This document shows positions 1 through 9,421 of a DNA stretch of 64,000 nt, piece by piece. The DNA comes from an uncultured Candidatus Binatia bacterium. GTDB taxonomy: Bacteria > Desulfobacterota > Binatia > Bin18. Positions within the stretch are counted from its first letter, which is position 1. Each line of letters begins with the position of its first letter. A program made the translations under genes and the position numbers. The stretch spans positions 1,024,001-1,088,000 of the forward strand of contig OZ243961.1 of NCBI GenBank assembly GCA_965214605.1, given 5' to 3'. A model generated the notes under the pieces. The model did not search any database. It worked only from the letters and a program-made list of their open reading frames with translations, and was not told the origin of the DNA.

Positions 1-722
1 GCTTCCTTGAGCACCTCCGGCACCTCGCCATTGGCAATCTGAAGCGCTAGCCCGTCGGCGATGGCGGTTTTTCCTACCCCGGAATCACCCACATAGACCG
101 GATTGTTTTTACGCCGACGGCACAGCACGTGGACGGTGCGTTCGACCTCAACCTCGCGGCCGATCAGGGGATCAATCTCGCCGTCTTTGGCGCGTTGGAC
201 CAGATCGGCGGTAAAGGCTTTGAGCGGATCTTTGGCCGGGCGGGTTTCGTCTTCTTCATCAAGACCGTCAGCCTCTTCATCGGGCTGGACCTTGGAGATA
301 CCGTGTGAGATGTAATTCAGCACGTCCAGGCGACGAATCCCCTGCTTTTGCAGAAAGTACAGCGCGTGGCTTTTTTTCTCTCGGAACAGCGCGACCAAGA
401 AATTACGCCCCTCGACGATCTGTTTGCCGTTGGACTGGACATGCAGGGCCGCCCGCTGTAAAACCCGCTGAAAGCCCGAAGTCTGCTGCGGATCGACGTC
501 GCTCTCTTCGGGCAAGGACTCGATATTCTCCTCAAAGAATTTCACCAAGTCCTTTTGCAACTGATCCACATCCCCGCCGCAACCGCGCAGAATTTCTGCC
601 ACATCCTCGTCAAACGATAGAGCGTACAATACGTGCTCAAGACACAGAAACTCATGGCGGTGACGTCTGGCTTCTTTAATCGCTAAGGTCAGGGCGCTTT
701 CAAATTCCCGACTAATTTGCAT
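1..722 (-). CDS. clpA: ATP-dependent Clp protease ATP-binding subunit ClpA (5' part; runs off window start)
   Basis: Manual minus-strand translation from ATG at 722 gives MQISREFESALTLAIKEARRHRHEFLCLEHVLYAL... and RRRKNNPVYVGDSGVGKTAIA (Walker A); lies directly downstream of clpS. Confidence 0.93.
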   Translation of the reverse strand, partial: MQISREFESALTLAIKEARRHRHEFLCLEHVLYALSFDEDVAEILRGCGGDVDQLQKDLVKFFEENIESLPEESDVDPQQTSGFQRVLQRAALHVQSNGKQIVEGRNFLVALFREKKSHALYFLQKQGIRRLDVLNYISHGISKVQPDEEADGLDEEDETRPAKDPLKAFTADLVQRAKDGEIDPLIGREVEVERTVHVLCRRRKNNPVYVGDSGVGKTAIADGLALQIANGEVPEVLKE

Positions 723-799
723 TCTCTGCTCCGCTTCTTCCACAGGTCCGGGCCCGGGAAGCTTCGTTCTATTCGACCGTCGTGTGGGCGGCCGCAGGA

Positions 800-1123
800 T
801 CAGGCTTCTTCCATACTACACTTCAGAGGAAACTCATACTGCTTGGCCAGAGCATGGACTTTGTCCACCTTAGTCTCGGCGACCTCGTAGGTATAGACCC
901 CAGCTATCCCCATACCTCTTCGGTGGACATGCAGCATGAGTTGGGTGGCTTTGGTGGCGTCGTGGTTAAAGACTGACTGCAGAATATAGATGACAAACTC
1001 CATCGTGGTGTAGTCGTCGTTGTGCAGCAGCACTTTATACAATGGCGGCTTTTTGGTCTTTTTCTCTGTCTCGGTTATTACCCCGCGGTCAAGATCTGTC
1101 TCGTTCTCGTAATCGTTGGCCAT
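800..1123 (-). CDS. clpS: Clp protease adaptor ClpS
   Basis: PPLYKVLLHNDDYTTMEFV...HRRGMGIAGVYTYEVAETK...FPLKCSME signature; GGAGGG RBS upstream of ATG 1123. Confidence 0.96.
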   Translation of the reverse strand: MANDYENETDLDRGVITETEKKTKKPPLYKVLLHNDDYTTMEFVIYILQSVFNHDATKATQLMLHVHRRGMGIAGVYTYEVAETKVDKVHALAKQYEFPLKCSMEEA

Positions 1124-1274
1124 ATGCCCCTCCATCGTTTAGAGAACACCGGTCTGCTAACGCTTTGTACCTGTCCATATCGTCAAGACAGCGGTTTGCC
1201 AAGAGGACTCAGTTTCTGGTACCTTACGTTGGCCAGAATTGGTGCCCGCAAACCATCCGTCTATGGAGTGTCAT

Positions 1275-3839
1275 ATGACAGAGACGCCTGCCTATAAGCT
1301 CCCCGCAAGTGTCAGTCCCCAGCGTTACGCCATCCGTCTAACCCCAGACCTGAGCGCTTTTACCTTTGCCGGGGAAGAGACGGTGGCCATCACCATCCAC
1401 GAACCGGTCACCGAGATTGTGCTGAACGCTATTGAGCTGACGATTCACAGCGTATCTGTCAACGGCCCGGACGGTCAGACGATAGTGGGCACAGTCAGCC
1501 TAGACAGCGCTGAGGAACGGGCAACATTCCGCTTTCCCCAGACCCTTGTTCCCGGCGCCTGGATGCTCCGGCTTAGCTTTAGTGGCCTCCTCAACGATAA
1601 ACTCCACGGCTTTTACCGCAGCACCTACACCACGGCCGATGGCCAGGAGAAGATCCTGGCCTCAACCCAGTTTGAATCAACCGACGCGCGCCGGGCGTTT
1701 CCGTGCTGGGACGAGCCGGCTCTCAAAGCGGTCTTTCAAGTGACCCTGGTAATTGACGCGGCCCTAACCGCCATCTCCAACGCGGCAATTGTACGCGAGA
1801 CCCCCCTACCCGCTACGGGGCAAAAAGAGGTGGTCTTTGCCGACACGATCAAAATGTCGAGCTACCTAGTCGCCTTCATCGTCGGAGAGTTCGAAGCCAC
1901 TGAGCCGACCGACGTCGACGGCACGCTGCTGCGGGTCTGGGCGGTACCGGGCAAACGCCACCTGGCCGCGTTCGGACAAGCCATCGCTGCCGCCTCGCTG
2001 TCGTTTTTTAGCCGCTACTACGGCCATAAGTACCCGGGCGATAAGCTTGACTTGGTCGCCATTCCTGATTTTGCCTTTGGCGCCATGGAAAATCTGGGGG
2101 CCATCACGTTTCGTGAAACCGCTCTGCTAGTCGACGAAAACCGGGCGGCGCGGAGTGAGTTGGAACGTGTGGCCGACGTCGTGTCGCACGAAAACGCGCA
2201 CATGTGGTTTGGCGACTTGGTCACGATGAAATGGTGGAATGGGCTGTGGCTCAACGAGGCGTTTGCCACCTTCATGGAGATGATGGCGGTTGATGACTGG
2301 AAGCCCGCGTGGCAGCGCTGGACGAGCTTTGCCGTGTCGCGCGCAGCAGCGCTCCAGATCGACGGCTTGCAAAGCACCCGGTCGATCGAGTTTCCGGTTC
2401 GCCATCCGGACGAGGCGGCCGGCATGTTCGACATTCTGACCTATGAAAAGGGTGCTGCGGTCCTGCGCATGCTGGAACAATACCTCGGTCCAAACACCTT
2501 CCGGGCCGGTATCAGCAACTACGTCCACAAGCACGCCTACGACAACGCCGAGACGACCGACCTGTGGGACGCGATTGAGGAATCGGCCCAACAGCCGGTG
2601 CGCACCATGATGGACTCGTGGGTTTTTCAGCCCGGCCACCCCATGATTTCGGTCGCTGTTGAAGACAATACGCTGGTCTTGTCTCAGCAGATTTTCCAGT
2701 ATATTCCGGCCAAGGACGACGCGAGCCGGCGCTGGCATGTGCCCGTGTTCATCCGGGCCAAGAGCGATGGTCAGGAATGGACCCGGACCATCCTGTTGGA
2801 CGAAGACGAGGCCCGCCTCAGCCTAACGGCGAGGCCGGATTGGGTGGTGATCAATGCTGACGGCCACGGCTTCTATCGAGCGCGCTACAGCTCAGACCTG
2901 CTCAAGCAGCTGACCGGCAATGTGCAAGACAATCTGTCCGCAGTCGAACGCTTTAATCTCATCAATGACACCTGGGCCGCCAGTCTAGCCGGTCTCACCC
3001 CCTTGGCCGACTACATGGACCTGTTGCTGCTGTTCGAAGACGAAACCGAGCATAATGTCTGGAGCGCCATGCTCGGCTCGTTCTACTACCTCGACCGCCT
3101 GCTCCGTCCTGCTCAGCGCCCGGCTCTGCACGCCCGGCTCCACAGTCTGGTTGGTCCCAGCATCCAGCGTCTGGGTTGGCAGCCGGCCGATGGAGAAGAT
3201 GTCCTGACTGGTCAGCTGCGCGGGCAACTGTTGGGCGCCCTGGGCGCCCTAGGCGATGACCGCGCCATCCAAGCCGAGGCACATGCACGCTACGCTGCTT
3301 ATAAGTCCGACATCGCCTCGGCCGATCCCAACCTCGTCCCGGCGCTGATCTCAATTGTGGCTCATAGCGGCAATGAGGCAGACTATGATGAGTTTTACTC
3401 CGCTTTTAAGACGGCCAAGACTCCCCAAGAGGAAATGCGCTATCTGTTTGCCCTGGCCGCCTTTCGTCCGCCCGAGCTGTTTGAGCGCGCGCTCGCTCTG
3501 ACCACCAACGGCGAAGTCCGCACCCAGAACGCGCCCTTTTTAATGCGTCAGCTCCTGCTCAACACCCACCAGCGCGAGCGCGCTTGGCGGTTCTTGAAAG
3601 ACAACTGGAACGACATGCTGCGCCACTACCCGGACAGCACCATCCCACGTATGTGTGAGGGGATTACCGGTCTGGTCACGCCCGAACTCGAAGCCGAGGT
3701 AACGGCATTTTTTGCCGAGCATCGGGTCAAACAGGGTGAAAAAATGGTCCAGCAGCACCTTGAGAAGCTACACATTGCCGTCGCCTGCCAGCAGCGTGAG
3801 TCAGACAACCTGCGCGACTATTTTGAATGGACCCCCTAG
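1275..3839 (+). CDS. pepN: M1 family aminopeptidase (puromycin-sensitive/ERAP1-C type)
   Basis: TQFESTDARRAFPCWDEP, GAMEN, HENAH...WLNEAFA zinc motif, YEKG; start placed at ATG 1275 after GGAG. Confidence 0.92.
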   Translation: MTETPAYKLPASVSPQRYAIRLTPDLSAFTFAGEETVAITIHEPVTEIVLNAIELTIHSVSVNGPDGQTIVGTVSLDSAEERATFRFPQTLVPGAWMLRLSFSGLLNDKLHGFYRSTYTTADGQEKILASTQFESTDARRAFPCWDEPALKAVFQVTLVIDAALTAISNAAIVRETPLPATGQKEVVFADTIKMSSYLVAFIVGEFEATEPTDVDGTLLRVWAVPGKRHLAAFGQAIAAASLSFFSRYYGHKYPGDKLDLVAIPDFAFGAMENLGAITFRETALLVDENRAARSELERVADVVSHENAHMWFGDLVTMKWWNGLWLNEAFATFMEMMAVDDWKPAWQRWTSFAVSRAAALQIDGLQSTRSIEFPVRHPDEAAGMFDILTYEKGAAVLRMLEQYLGPNTFRAGISNYVHKHAYDNAETTDLWDAIEESAQQPVRTMMDSWVFQPGHPMISVAVEDNTLVLSQQIFQYIPAKDDASRRWHVPVFIRAKSDGQEWTRTILLDEDEARLSLTARPDWVVINADGHGFYRARYSSDLLKQLTGNVQDNLSAVERFNLINDTWAASLAGLTPLADYMDLLLLFEDETEHNVWSAMLGSFYYLDRLLRPAQRPALHARLHSLVGPSIQRLGWQPADGEDVLTGQLRGQLLGALGALGDDRAIQAEAHARYAAYKSDIASADPNLVPALISIVAHSGNEADYDEFYSAFKTAKTPQEEMRYLFALAAFRPPELFERALALTTNGEVRTQNAPFLMRQLLLNTHQRERAWRFLKDNWNDMLRHYPDSTIPRMCEGITGLVTPELEAEVTAFFAEHRVKQGEKMVQQHLEKLHIAVACQQRESDNLRDYFEWTP

Positions 3840-4375
3840 GAGGATTTGTTGACGGGAAGATGGTGAGCAGGCCTCATGGTTGACCTGAGGTTGAGTTCGC
3901 GATTCTTGGCGAGATTCAAGACCTCCAGACAATGGCGACGGGCCGTGGGGAGGGACCTTGCGCACTCTAGGCCACACTTACAGCAGTTGTCTTCCGAATT
4001 AGCAGGCGGCGTTCCCCCGAAAAAACGGCTTACTTTCGATGCCGGCCAACAGAGCCATACTCCACTTTTGGAGATCTGACAGTTCAAGACCAAACTGAGA
4101 TCCGGTAAAATCGCGCCATAGAGTCAGCCGTTTTAGAAGCCTGGCACCTTGGTCGGCCCGGTGGCGGATTTGCGTTTTTCCAACGCATTAAACGGGAAGG
4201 CTGTCGGATAGCATCGTATCGAATCCCCTTGACAAAGGGAGGTGGCGGATTTCTATGGCAGGCACTCCCTTTTAGGGAAAAAATGCAACCTGAGAGACGA
4301 CCAACTTTCCTGCGCCGTCCTGCATCGACCGGACACGTTTGGCGCTCATGCTGTTCAGCTCAGGAAGACGGCGCT

Positions 4376-6229
4376 TTACTTCCGGCCAACGTATTCCTGT
4401 ACCGCTGCGTCAAAGGCCGCCTGCGCGGTAAACTCTCCTAGCACGACGCGCTGCCGATGCGTTTTGTTATCATCAAACTCAACCACGAACTCGACGACTC
4501 CCAGCCGCGCCGGCACTTCAACCCGGGCTCGATCTTCTCCCTCACCCCCCCCCTCTCCCATGGGAACAAAGGGGGGGAGCTGAGCGGCAGCGGTGAATTG
4601 GGTGATGTGCGGCTGGTGCTCTGCCATCCAGGCATCGAAATCTTCTCGACTGACGGCCGTCTCTTGCCAGAACGCCTGTTGGTCGTACGGCAGCTCTTGC
4701 AGACGCTTCACCACAAAGGCCCTATCCAGAAAGGCCAACAGGTTTCCCGCCTTGGGTCCTGAATCACGGTCGAGCAGGACGCGATAGAGGGCCTTAAATG
4801 CCTGGGCCGGCGCAATCGGTGTGAGCCGCGCCGCATCAAACACGGCAGTCTGCAAAGCCCTATCTTCCCACGCCACACGGAGGAGGGAGGCCGCCAGTTG
4901 ATGCAAAAAGGCCCGTTGGCTAGCCGTCAGTTTCCCTGCCTGCTCCGGCAGCGTGTCTTGCAGTATGATCCGCTCCTCAGGGTTGGCATAATGCTCCAAC
5001 CAGTAGCGCGCGGCCCGGGCGCGGCGTAGGAGCTGATCACGTTCATTCTGGGTCAGCGGAGCACCTTTGCGCTTTTCAACCTCGCCCACAAGATTGAGAT
5101 GGGGCAGTTGGACAACCGTTGCCACCAGCTGAAAGTCAGCGACGTAGAAATCGCCTTGGGGCGCGATCTGCGACAACTCATACACCCGTCTGTCGTCCGG
5201 TGACACTTTGGGGTCATGATAGGTGCGGGTATGAAACCGATCAAAGTCGTTAAAGATTTTGATAATCGACTTCTCATCTGGAGAAAAATTCACCGGCTGT
5301 TTGGGCTGAGTACGGATCATGACAAAGCGCAAGATCTCAGGCGGCAAGAAATCGGCCATATCTCGCGCCGACACGCCGATCCCCTTGGACGAGCTCATCT
5401 TGGCCCCGCCAACCAGGAAAAATTCGTACGGAATATTCAGCGGGGGCTGCTGGCCAAAAATGGCTCCGAGACACCCAGCTGAAACGTCGCGTGAGCCGCC
5501 CTTGGTATTGTGGTCTTTGCCCGCGCCTTCGATCGTAATGCCGAAGGTCTTCCACTTGGCCGTCCATTCCAGCTTCCAGGGCAGCTTGCCTTGGCCGTCA
5601 AAAGGCGAGACCTTACCGATGTGTCCACAGCCCATCGCCCAGCTAACGAGATTGGGCTGACAGGTATAGGTGACTTCTCTGCCGTCATAGCCGCTGACTT
5701 CGGTCGTTCCGATCCGTCCACACCCCTCACACACGACCTGGAAGGGATACCAGGTGTCGGAGCGCTCGGAGTTGCTAACCTCTTTGTACACCCGGCGGAC
5801 CTTGTCCGCGTTGTTCAGGACGGCCTCAATTGCCTCGTTAAACTGCCCCGAGCGGTAGATATCCCGCATGCGGTAGGTTTCCGCCTCAACTCCTAACTCC
5901 CGAAAGATGTCAAAAAATTCTCCAATATAATGCTCGGCCACATCGGGCGCCGAAGAGCCTGGCGGCGGTGGGACCTGACACAGCGGCGCCCCCAGATACG
6001 GGCGGAAAAACTCGGCGTGGCCGGCCGGCAGTTCGTCGAGCGGATCATAGTCGTCAACACCAAAGGTATAGCGGACGGGAATGCCCCGGTCTTTGAGGGA
6101 ACGGAACACGGTGTCGTGGATGAGCACTCCCCGTAATGCGCCGACGTGAACCCGTCCTGACGGCGTCTTGGAATCGTTAATCAACTGCGGACCGGACACC
6201 CGCTCAGCGAGCTTATCGCACCATAACAT
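4376..6229 (-). CDS. lysS: Lysine--tRNA ligase, class I
   Basis: PSGRVHVGALRG (HIGH-like), CEGCG zinc motif, GKLPWKLEW, EGAGKDH, KMSSSKG. Confidence 0.94.
   Translation of the reverse strand: MLWCDKLAERVSGPQLINDSKTPSGRVHVGALRGVLIHDTVFRSLKDRGIPVRYTFGVDDYDPLDELPAGHAEFFRPYLGAPLCQVPPPPGSSAPDVAEHYIGEFFDIFRELGVEAETYRMRDIYRSGQFNEAIEAVLNNADKVRRVYKEVSNSERSDTWYPFQVVCEGCGRIGTTEVSGYDGREVTYTCQPNLVSWAMGCGHIGKVSPFDGQGKLPWKLEWTAKWKTFGITIEGAGKDHNTKGGSRDVSAGCLGAIFGQQPPLNIPYEFFLVGGAKMSSSKGIGVSARDMADFLPPEILRFVMIRTQPKQPVNFSPDEKSIIKIFNDFDRFHTRTYHDPKVSPDDRRVYELSQIAPQGDFYVADFQLVATVVQLPHLNLVGEVEKRKGAPLTQNERDQLLRRARAARYWLEHYANPEERIILQDTLPEQAGKLTASQRAFLHQLAASLLRVAWEDRALQTAVFDAARLTPIAPAQAFKALYRVLLDRDSGPKAGNLLAFLDRAFVVKRLQELPYDQQAFWQETAVSREDFDAWMAEHQPHITQFTAAAQLPPFVPMGEGGGEGEDRARVEVPARLGVVEFVVEFDDNKTHRQRVVLGEFTAQAAFDAAVQEYVGRK
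4538..4584. repeat. Palindromic REP-like element inside the lysS 3' region
   Basis: CTCA + C-tract + TCCCATGGGA (perfect palindromic core at 4556-4565) + G-tract + TGAG. Confidence 0.6.
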
Positions 6230-6345
6230 AAGCCTGCTCCATCCTCCAATTGTGTCACTATGCTATGATAATGGTCCGCCACCAGCCAGACAGGCGACGA
6301 CCCCCAGAACTCCACCGCCCCGGAGTCTAGGCAAGGCGAGGTAGC

Positions 6346-7629
6346 GTGTCAACGCAAAGCCCCGGCGAGAGCATCGCTCGCGCTCACGCCGGCTCTTCCG
6401 CAGAGGTGATTGTCAGCGCAAAAGAGCATCACGATTACCTTTCGCGTGCTAGGATGGGCAGGATGGTTGACTCAGCGCCCATCAGAAAGGCTGCGGCCAG
6501 CCCTGTGAGTACTTTGGAGTTCCGTCTTGTGCCAACAGACCCTCAACCGGGGGCCTCTGGCCCAGACAGCCGTCCTGACGCCGAGCGTTTCCGGCGGCAG
6601 CTCAAAGAGATTCGGCACGCCTTGGGACACGCCCCGTCCGGCTCCCGCCTGCTCCTTGATTTTGGCGACGTCCGGCGGCTTAACAGTCTTGAGACGGCCA
6701 GCCTGTTGCAGTTAGTTGTGGAGTGTCAAGCCCAGGGGATGGAGGTCCGCTTCGTGAACCTGTCCATTGGGGTACGTCAAGCTTTTAGCGGTCTTGAGGC
6801 GGACCTTCTCAGCCCGTCCCAAGGCGCGCGGGGGCAGCTGTCTTGGTTCGAACACCTAGGCGCCCAGACCCTTGCCCTGATGACTACCGGGCGCCGTCTG
6901 CTGGATATGATCGGTGATCTGGCCTATTGGTTCTGTATTGCACCGTGGCGTGGCAAGGGCGTCAAATGGGACCGGACAGGAGAACAGATCGTCAAGATCG
7001 GTATCGAGGGCATACCGATTGTGACTTTTCTCTCCTTTCTGATCGGAGCGGTGCTGGCACTCAACGCGGCCAGTCAGCTACGTCAGTTCGGGGCTGCCAT
7101 CTATATTGCCAACTTAGTCGGCGTGTCGATGGCCCGTGAAATGGCGCCGCTGATTACTGCCGTCATTGTCGCGGGTCGCAGCGGCTCGGCCATCAGCGCT
7201 GAATTGGGCACCATGGTCGTGTCGGAGGAGATCGACGCCATGCGAACCATGGCCCTGAGCCCGGGCCGGTTCCTCCTCCTGCCCCGCATCATGGCCCTGC
7301 TGTGCGCTGTGCCGTGTCTGACCATTCTCTCGAACCTAGCCGGCATTTTTGGCGGGTATTGGGTCGGCGTTCTCATCCTCGGCCTGGGCAGCCGCAACTA
7401 TATACAGCAAACCGCTCAGGCCCTGTTGATAGGTGACCTGGTGGCCGGGGCGGTCAAGAGTGTGGTCTTTGCCGGCTTAATCGGGCTCGTGGCCTGCTAT
7501 CGCGGCGTGTATGTCGAGGGCGGAGCAGAGGGCGTGGGAACAAGCACTACCGCTTCGGTGGTAACGTCGATTGTGCTGTGCATCTTAGCCGATGCCATCT
7601 TCACTACCATCTTCTTTTATCTGTCTTAG
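6346..7629 (+). CDS. mlaE: MlaE-family ABC permease with N-terminal STAS (MlaB-like) domain; real start may be 6454 or 6463
   Basis: LLLDFGDVRRLNS STAS-like segment, then REMAPLITAVIVAGRSGSAISAELGTMVVSEEIDAM. Confidence 0.88.
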   Translation: MSTQSPGESIARAHAGSSAEVIVSAKEHHDYLSRARMGRMVDSAPIRKAAASPVSTLEFRLVPTDPQPGASGPDSRPDAERFRRQLKEIRHALGHAPSGSRLLLDFGDVRRLNSLETASLLQLVVECQAQGMEVRFVNLSIGVRQAFSGLEADLLSPSQGARGQLSWFEHLGAQTLALMTTGRRLLDMIGDLAYWFCIAPWRGKGVKWDRTGEQIVKIGIEGIPIVTFLSFLIGAVLALNAASQLRQFGAAIYIANLVGVSMAREMAPLITAVIVAGRSGSAISAELGTMVVSEEIDAMRTMALSPGRFLLLPRIMALLCAVPCLTILSNLAGIFGGYWVGVLILGLGSRNYIQQTAQALLIGDLVAGAVKSVVFAGLIGLVACYRGVYVEGGAEGVGTSTTASVVTSIVLCILADAIFTTIFFYLS

Positions 7630-7662
7630 CGCCGCGGGTGGACAGGAGGAGAGGAAAGAGCG

Positions 7663-8484
7663 ATGTCGACCAACTTCAGCCCCGACCCTCCCTACGTCGT
7701 TGTTGAAAATCTGGTTGCCGGCTATGGCGAACGCACGGTTCTCAAGGGGATCAACGTACAGGCTCGACGGGGAGAGATTACCGTTATTTTAGGGGGCAGC
7801 GGCTGTGGCAAAACAACCCTGCTGCGCCATATTGTCGGCCTGCTGACACCCACCTCGGGTCGGGTCTTGATCGACGACCAGGACGTGCACCGGGTAAGCG
7901 AAGAGGATCAAGAAGCGATCTTGCGCAACGTTGGCATGTCCTTCCAGAGCGGGGCGCTATTCAACTCAATGAGCGTAGAAGAAAATGTGATGCTGCCGAT
8001 TATGGAGCACACCCAGGCCTCAACGGAAACGGCCCGGATGCTGGCACGGATGAAACTCTCGCTCGTCGGCCTTGAACACGCCGCCCTTCTGCTGCCGGCC
8101 GAAATAAGCGGTGGCATGAAAAAACGGGCCGCGGTTGCCCGCGCGCTGGCCCTCGACCCCACCCTACTCCTGTTCGATGAACTGTCGGCGGGCTTAGACC
8201 CAGTGACGGCGCGGGAGCTCGACGAACTTGTCCTGCGTTTGAAAGCCCAATTCGACATGACCATTCTGGTTGTGACCCACGAGTTGAACAGCATTCAGAT
8301 GATTGCAGATCAGGCCATTATGCTGCACGATGGGCAGGTGGTGGCGGCCGGCCCCCTGGCGGAGGTTCAGGCCATGGAGATGCCGCAGGTACAGGCGTTT
8401 TTTGACCGCCGACCACGGCAGGCCGTGGTGCGACGCGGGCTGCTTGACCGCCTGACTGAAGAGGATACCGCTGATGGAGCATAA
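7663..8484 (+). CDS. mlaF: MlaF/Ttg2A-type ABC ATPase
   Basis: GGSGCGKT, FQSGALFNS, ISGGMKKR, LLFDE. Confidence 0.9.
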   Translation: MSTNFSPDPPYVVVENLVAGYGERTVLKGINVQARRGEITVILGGSGCGKTTLLRHIVGLLTPTSGRVLIDDQDVHRVSEEDQEAILRNVGMSFQSGALFNSMSVEENVMLPIMEHTQASTETARMLARMKLSLVGLEHAALLLPAEISGGMKKRAAVARALALDPTLLLFDELSAGLDPVTARELDELVLRLKAQFDMTILVVTHELNSIQMIADQAIMLHDGQVVAAGPLAEVQAMEMPQVQAFFDRRPRQAVVRRGLLDRLTEEDTADGA

Positions 8485-9421
8485 CATGGGTAGAACCCGC
8501 CTCAAAGTTGGCCTGTTTGTTACCCTCAGCTTTTTCCTGTTTGCCGCGGCCATTCTGTGGTTGGCCGGCTCTCGTTTTCTCCAGCCGGTCGATACCTACA
8601 CCATCTACTTCACTAGGTCGGTCAGCGGGCTGTTGCCCGGCGCGGCGGTTGAGTATCAAGGCGTCCCGGTCGGCAAAGTGGAGGCCCTCCACTTAACCGC
8701 TGAGACCCCGCCACGCGCCCAAGTCGTCGTCGCTCTCCAGCCCGGGATTCCGGTCCGGCGCGATACCATCGCCCATCTAGTCGGGTCGTTTGTGACCGGA
8801 ATTCGATTCGTGCAGCTTGAGGGGGGCTCGACCGACGCTCCGCTGCTGGAGCCCGGCGGGACTATTGTAGTCCGCGAGGGCGGCCTTGAAGAGTTTCGGG
8901 ATCAGGCCAGCGAAATCTCCCAACGTTTGATCACGACCCTCAGCCGCATCGAACAAGACCTGTTAAGCCGACAAAACCGAGAGGCGGTCACCACGTTTTT
9001 ACACAGCATGTCGGTCTTGGCCGAGAATCTGCGTACCTCTATTGACGCGATTGTCACGCCGGAGACCCACCTCGCCCTCAAGGCGATGGTCAATAATCTG
9101 GCCGAGGCAGCGGCGGGGATTAAACATACCACCCTCGCCATCAACGAGGTCCGGGACGAACTCTTCCGGGACGGCCAGACGATGTTGGTCCAGATTCGCC
9201 ACACCGCAGAAATGACCGCCCGACTAGCGGATGAGGTCGCCCAGCTGACCAAGCATCTCGATGAACTTGTGGTCGAAAACCGGCCCCAGTTACACCAGCT
9301 GTTGACCAACTTGGCAGACGCCTCGTACGACCTCAAAGAGGCAAGCGATACAATCCGGACCGATCCGTCGGGTCTCATCTGGAGCAAAAACAGGCCGCCG
9401 CGAAAGCTGCCCGATCCATGA
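8474..9421 (+). CDS. MCE/MlaD-family protein with long helical C-terminus
   Basis: N-terminal TM helix; SVSGLLPGAAVEYQGVPVGKV MCE motif; coiled-coil-like tail. Confidence 0.87.
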   Translation: MEHNMGRTRLKVGLFVTLSFFLFAAAILWLAGSRFLQPVDTYTIYFTRSVSGLLPGAAVEYQGVPVGKVEALHLTAETPPRAQVVVALQPGIPVRRDTIAHLVGSFVTGIRFVQLEGGSTDAPLLEPGGTIVVREGGLEEFRDQASEISQRLITTLSRIEQDLLSRQNREAVTTFLHSMSVLAENLRTSIDAIVTPETHLALKAMVNNLAEAAAGIKHTTLAINEVRDELFRDGQTMLVQIRHTAEMTARLADEVAQLTKHLDELVVENRPQLHQLLTNLADASYDLKEASDTIRTDPSGLIWSKNRPPRKLPDP

